Assembly (NCBI GenBank): GCA_054600435.1
Contig: BAAIJX010000052.1
Coordinates: 62,001 to 126,000 of the forward strand
Length of the DNA stretch: 64,000 bases
Origin: Neophaeotheca triangularis
Lineage: Eukaryota
Direction: 5' to 3'
The position numbers and the translations under genes were made by a program. Positions 63,538 to 64,000 of this stretch are shown piece after piece (position 1 is the first letter of the stretch; the number at the start of each line of letters is the position of its first letter). The notes beneath the pieces are model-generated. The model saw nothing but the letters and a program-made list of their open reading frames with translations, did not search any database and was not told the origin of the DNA.

Positions 63538-64000
63538 TTACTCAGTGACCCTATCTCTCCCGCTCTCGGCCTCGATCTGCCTGACCTTCTCATCCACCAC
63601 ACCCGCTTTCCTGCGCGCGTCCAGGTACATCATAAACTCGGTGTAGTTCCGAGGCATGACCTTGATATCCCTATCGACGGTAAAGGTGTAGTTGAATTGG
63701 CCAGTGGGCTTGGTGGAGCCGTGTTCGACGTTGCGGACTTTGGAGTCCACTCTGACGACGACGCGGGTGCTTTTGCTGCCGCCTTCCGGGGGCCGGGCTT
63801 GGGCGTCTGGTGAATGCCCATTGTCGACGAGTGGTGGGTCTGTGTATACTACTGTTGCCGTTAGGTAGAGGACGCTGCCGACCGGGACGGGGTTTTGAAA
63901 GGTTGACGGGTCGAGAGAGACAAAGGTCGGGCGTGTGCGGGCGAAGCTCGAGGCACAGCAGAAGGCGAGCTCGAAGGCTGATCTCAGTAGTCGTCCTCCG
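63538..64000 (-). CDS. 3' part of a double-hotdog acyl-CoA thioesterase (ACOT9-like); continues beyond the window
   Basis: GGRLLRSAFELAFCCASSF...LDPSTFQNPVPVGSVLYL...TGQFNYTF...VMPRNYTEFMMYLDARR. Confidence 0.9.
   Translation of the reverse strand, partial: GGRLLRSAFELAFCCASSFARTRPTFVSLDPSTFQNPVPVGSVLYLTATVVYTDPPLVDNGHSPDAQARPPEGGSKSTRVVVRVDSKVRNVEHGSTKPTGQFNYTFTVDRDIKVMPRNYTEFMMYLDARRKAGVVDEKVRQIEAESGRDRVTE

Overview
This is eukaryotic DNA from a filamentous ascomycete. Short GT-AG introns with CTRAC branch points and the protein sequences suggest a Dothideomycete (inference). The window holds about 25 mostly housekeeping or regulatory genes: RPP1, CUB1-like, a SET protein, TRAPPC13, a DENN protein, SPC24, FIS1, SOG2, AIM22, GH76, flbA, CHK1, an R3H-SUZ protein, a ZCCHC10-like protein, RPS23, YCII, an SDR, a Zip3-like RING protein, NUZM, POF1, a NAT2-like protein, a partial acyl-CoA thioesterase and three conserved hypotheticals. 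I found no tRNA, rRNA, CRISPR array or intact transposon. Four signals are not explained by the gene models. (1) A densely base-paired non-coding region of about 0.7-1.3 kb lies between CHK1 and the next convergent gene; it has a hairpin followed by CCUAACCC inside a long-range helix, so it is a lncRNA or telomerase-RNA candidate. (2) A second hairpin-rich element follows a conserved hypothetical gene. (3) Sub-kilobase C/A-to-G/T strand-composition flips recur and override codon usage. (4) Several minimal uORFs or start-stop elements precede signalling genes. Exon boundaries and helices were read by eye and are not computationally validated.
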